Source: Eledone cirrhosa (Eukaryota). Taken from it: a DNA stretch of 64,000 bases. The stretch covers positions 435,674,001 through 435,738,000 of the forward strand of contig OZ024740.1 of NCBI GenBank assembly GCA_964016885.1, given 5' to 3'. The notes beneath the pieces were generated by a model. It made no database searches. It was not told the DNA's origin and saw only the letters and a list, made by a program, of their open reading frames with translations. The position numbers and the translations under genes are program-made. The stretch's first letter is position 1. Every line of letters starts with the position of its first letter. Below are positions 63,755 to 64,000 of this stretch, one piece after another.

Positions 63755-64000
63755 TCTATATATATATATATATATATATATATGTAGATAAATCTACCAA
63801 GAGTTTACGGTAGTGTCCAATCCGTATGAAGAACTCAAGTAATCCGGATATCATGGAAAGAAGAGATGCATTCAAAAATCACTTTCGGTGAAAGATAAAC
63901 GGAATACAGAGTCAAGATAAAGTATTAAAAAAAAATGAATAAAACAATGAAACAGTTCCTTATATTAAACAAAAAAAGTTCATTATTTAACGATCGTTTC

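Overview
AT-rich, repeat-saturated animal genomic DNA, probably an octopod cephalopod (inferred from the SINE, RTE and MITE repeat types). The only host-gene sequence I recognise is one exon of an Evi5-like Rab-GAP gene (1245-1407, +). The rest appears to be one very large intron. From about 9.3 kb to the end it is an expanded (TA)n-TGTC satellite field split by nested transposon insertions. These include three Neptune-like Penelope-like elements (PLEs; RT plus GIY-YIG, two with uninterrupted ORFs of about 750 aa), one decayed Naiad-like PLE, several RTE LINEs with partner tRNA-derived SINEs, a Gypsy pol remnant, a Helitron Rep remnant and a foldback element. CR1 and CRE-like fragments and non-autonomous Helitrons lie in the first 9.3 kb. 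Most long ORF-track entries ([12 protein letters not shown]) are microsatellite artefacts. Main findings: (1) an upstream basic ORF1 overlapping the PLE RT frame at an in-phase U_UUU_UUA heptamer, suggesting gag-pol-like -1 frameshifting in two divergent PLEs; (2) about ten type I hammerhead ribozyme motifs of different designs at PLE ends, including U3:A8 core variants and one with a roughly 90-nt stem II; (3) a 2A-like NPGP motif at the N-terminus of a Helitron Rep ORF; (4) an unexplained pair of structured GC-rich motifs at 16.2-16.6 kb. All calls were made by eye, and no searches or folding programs were run.
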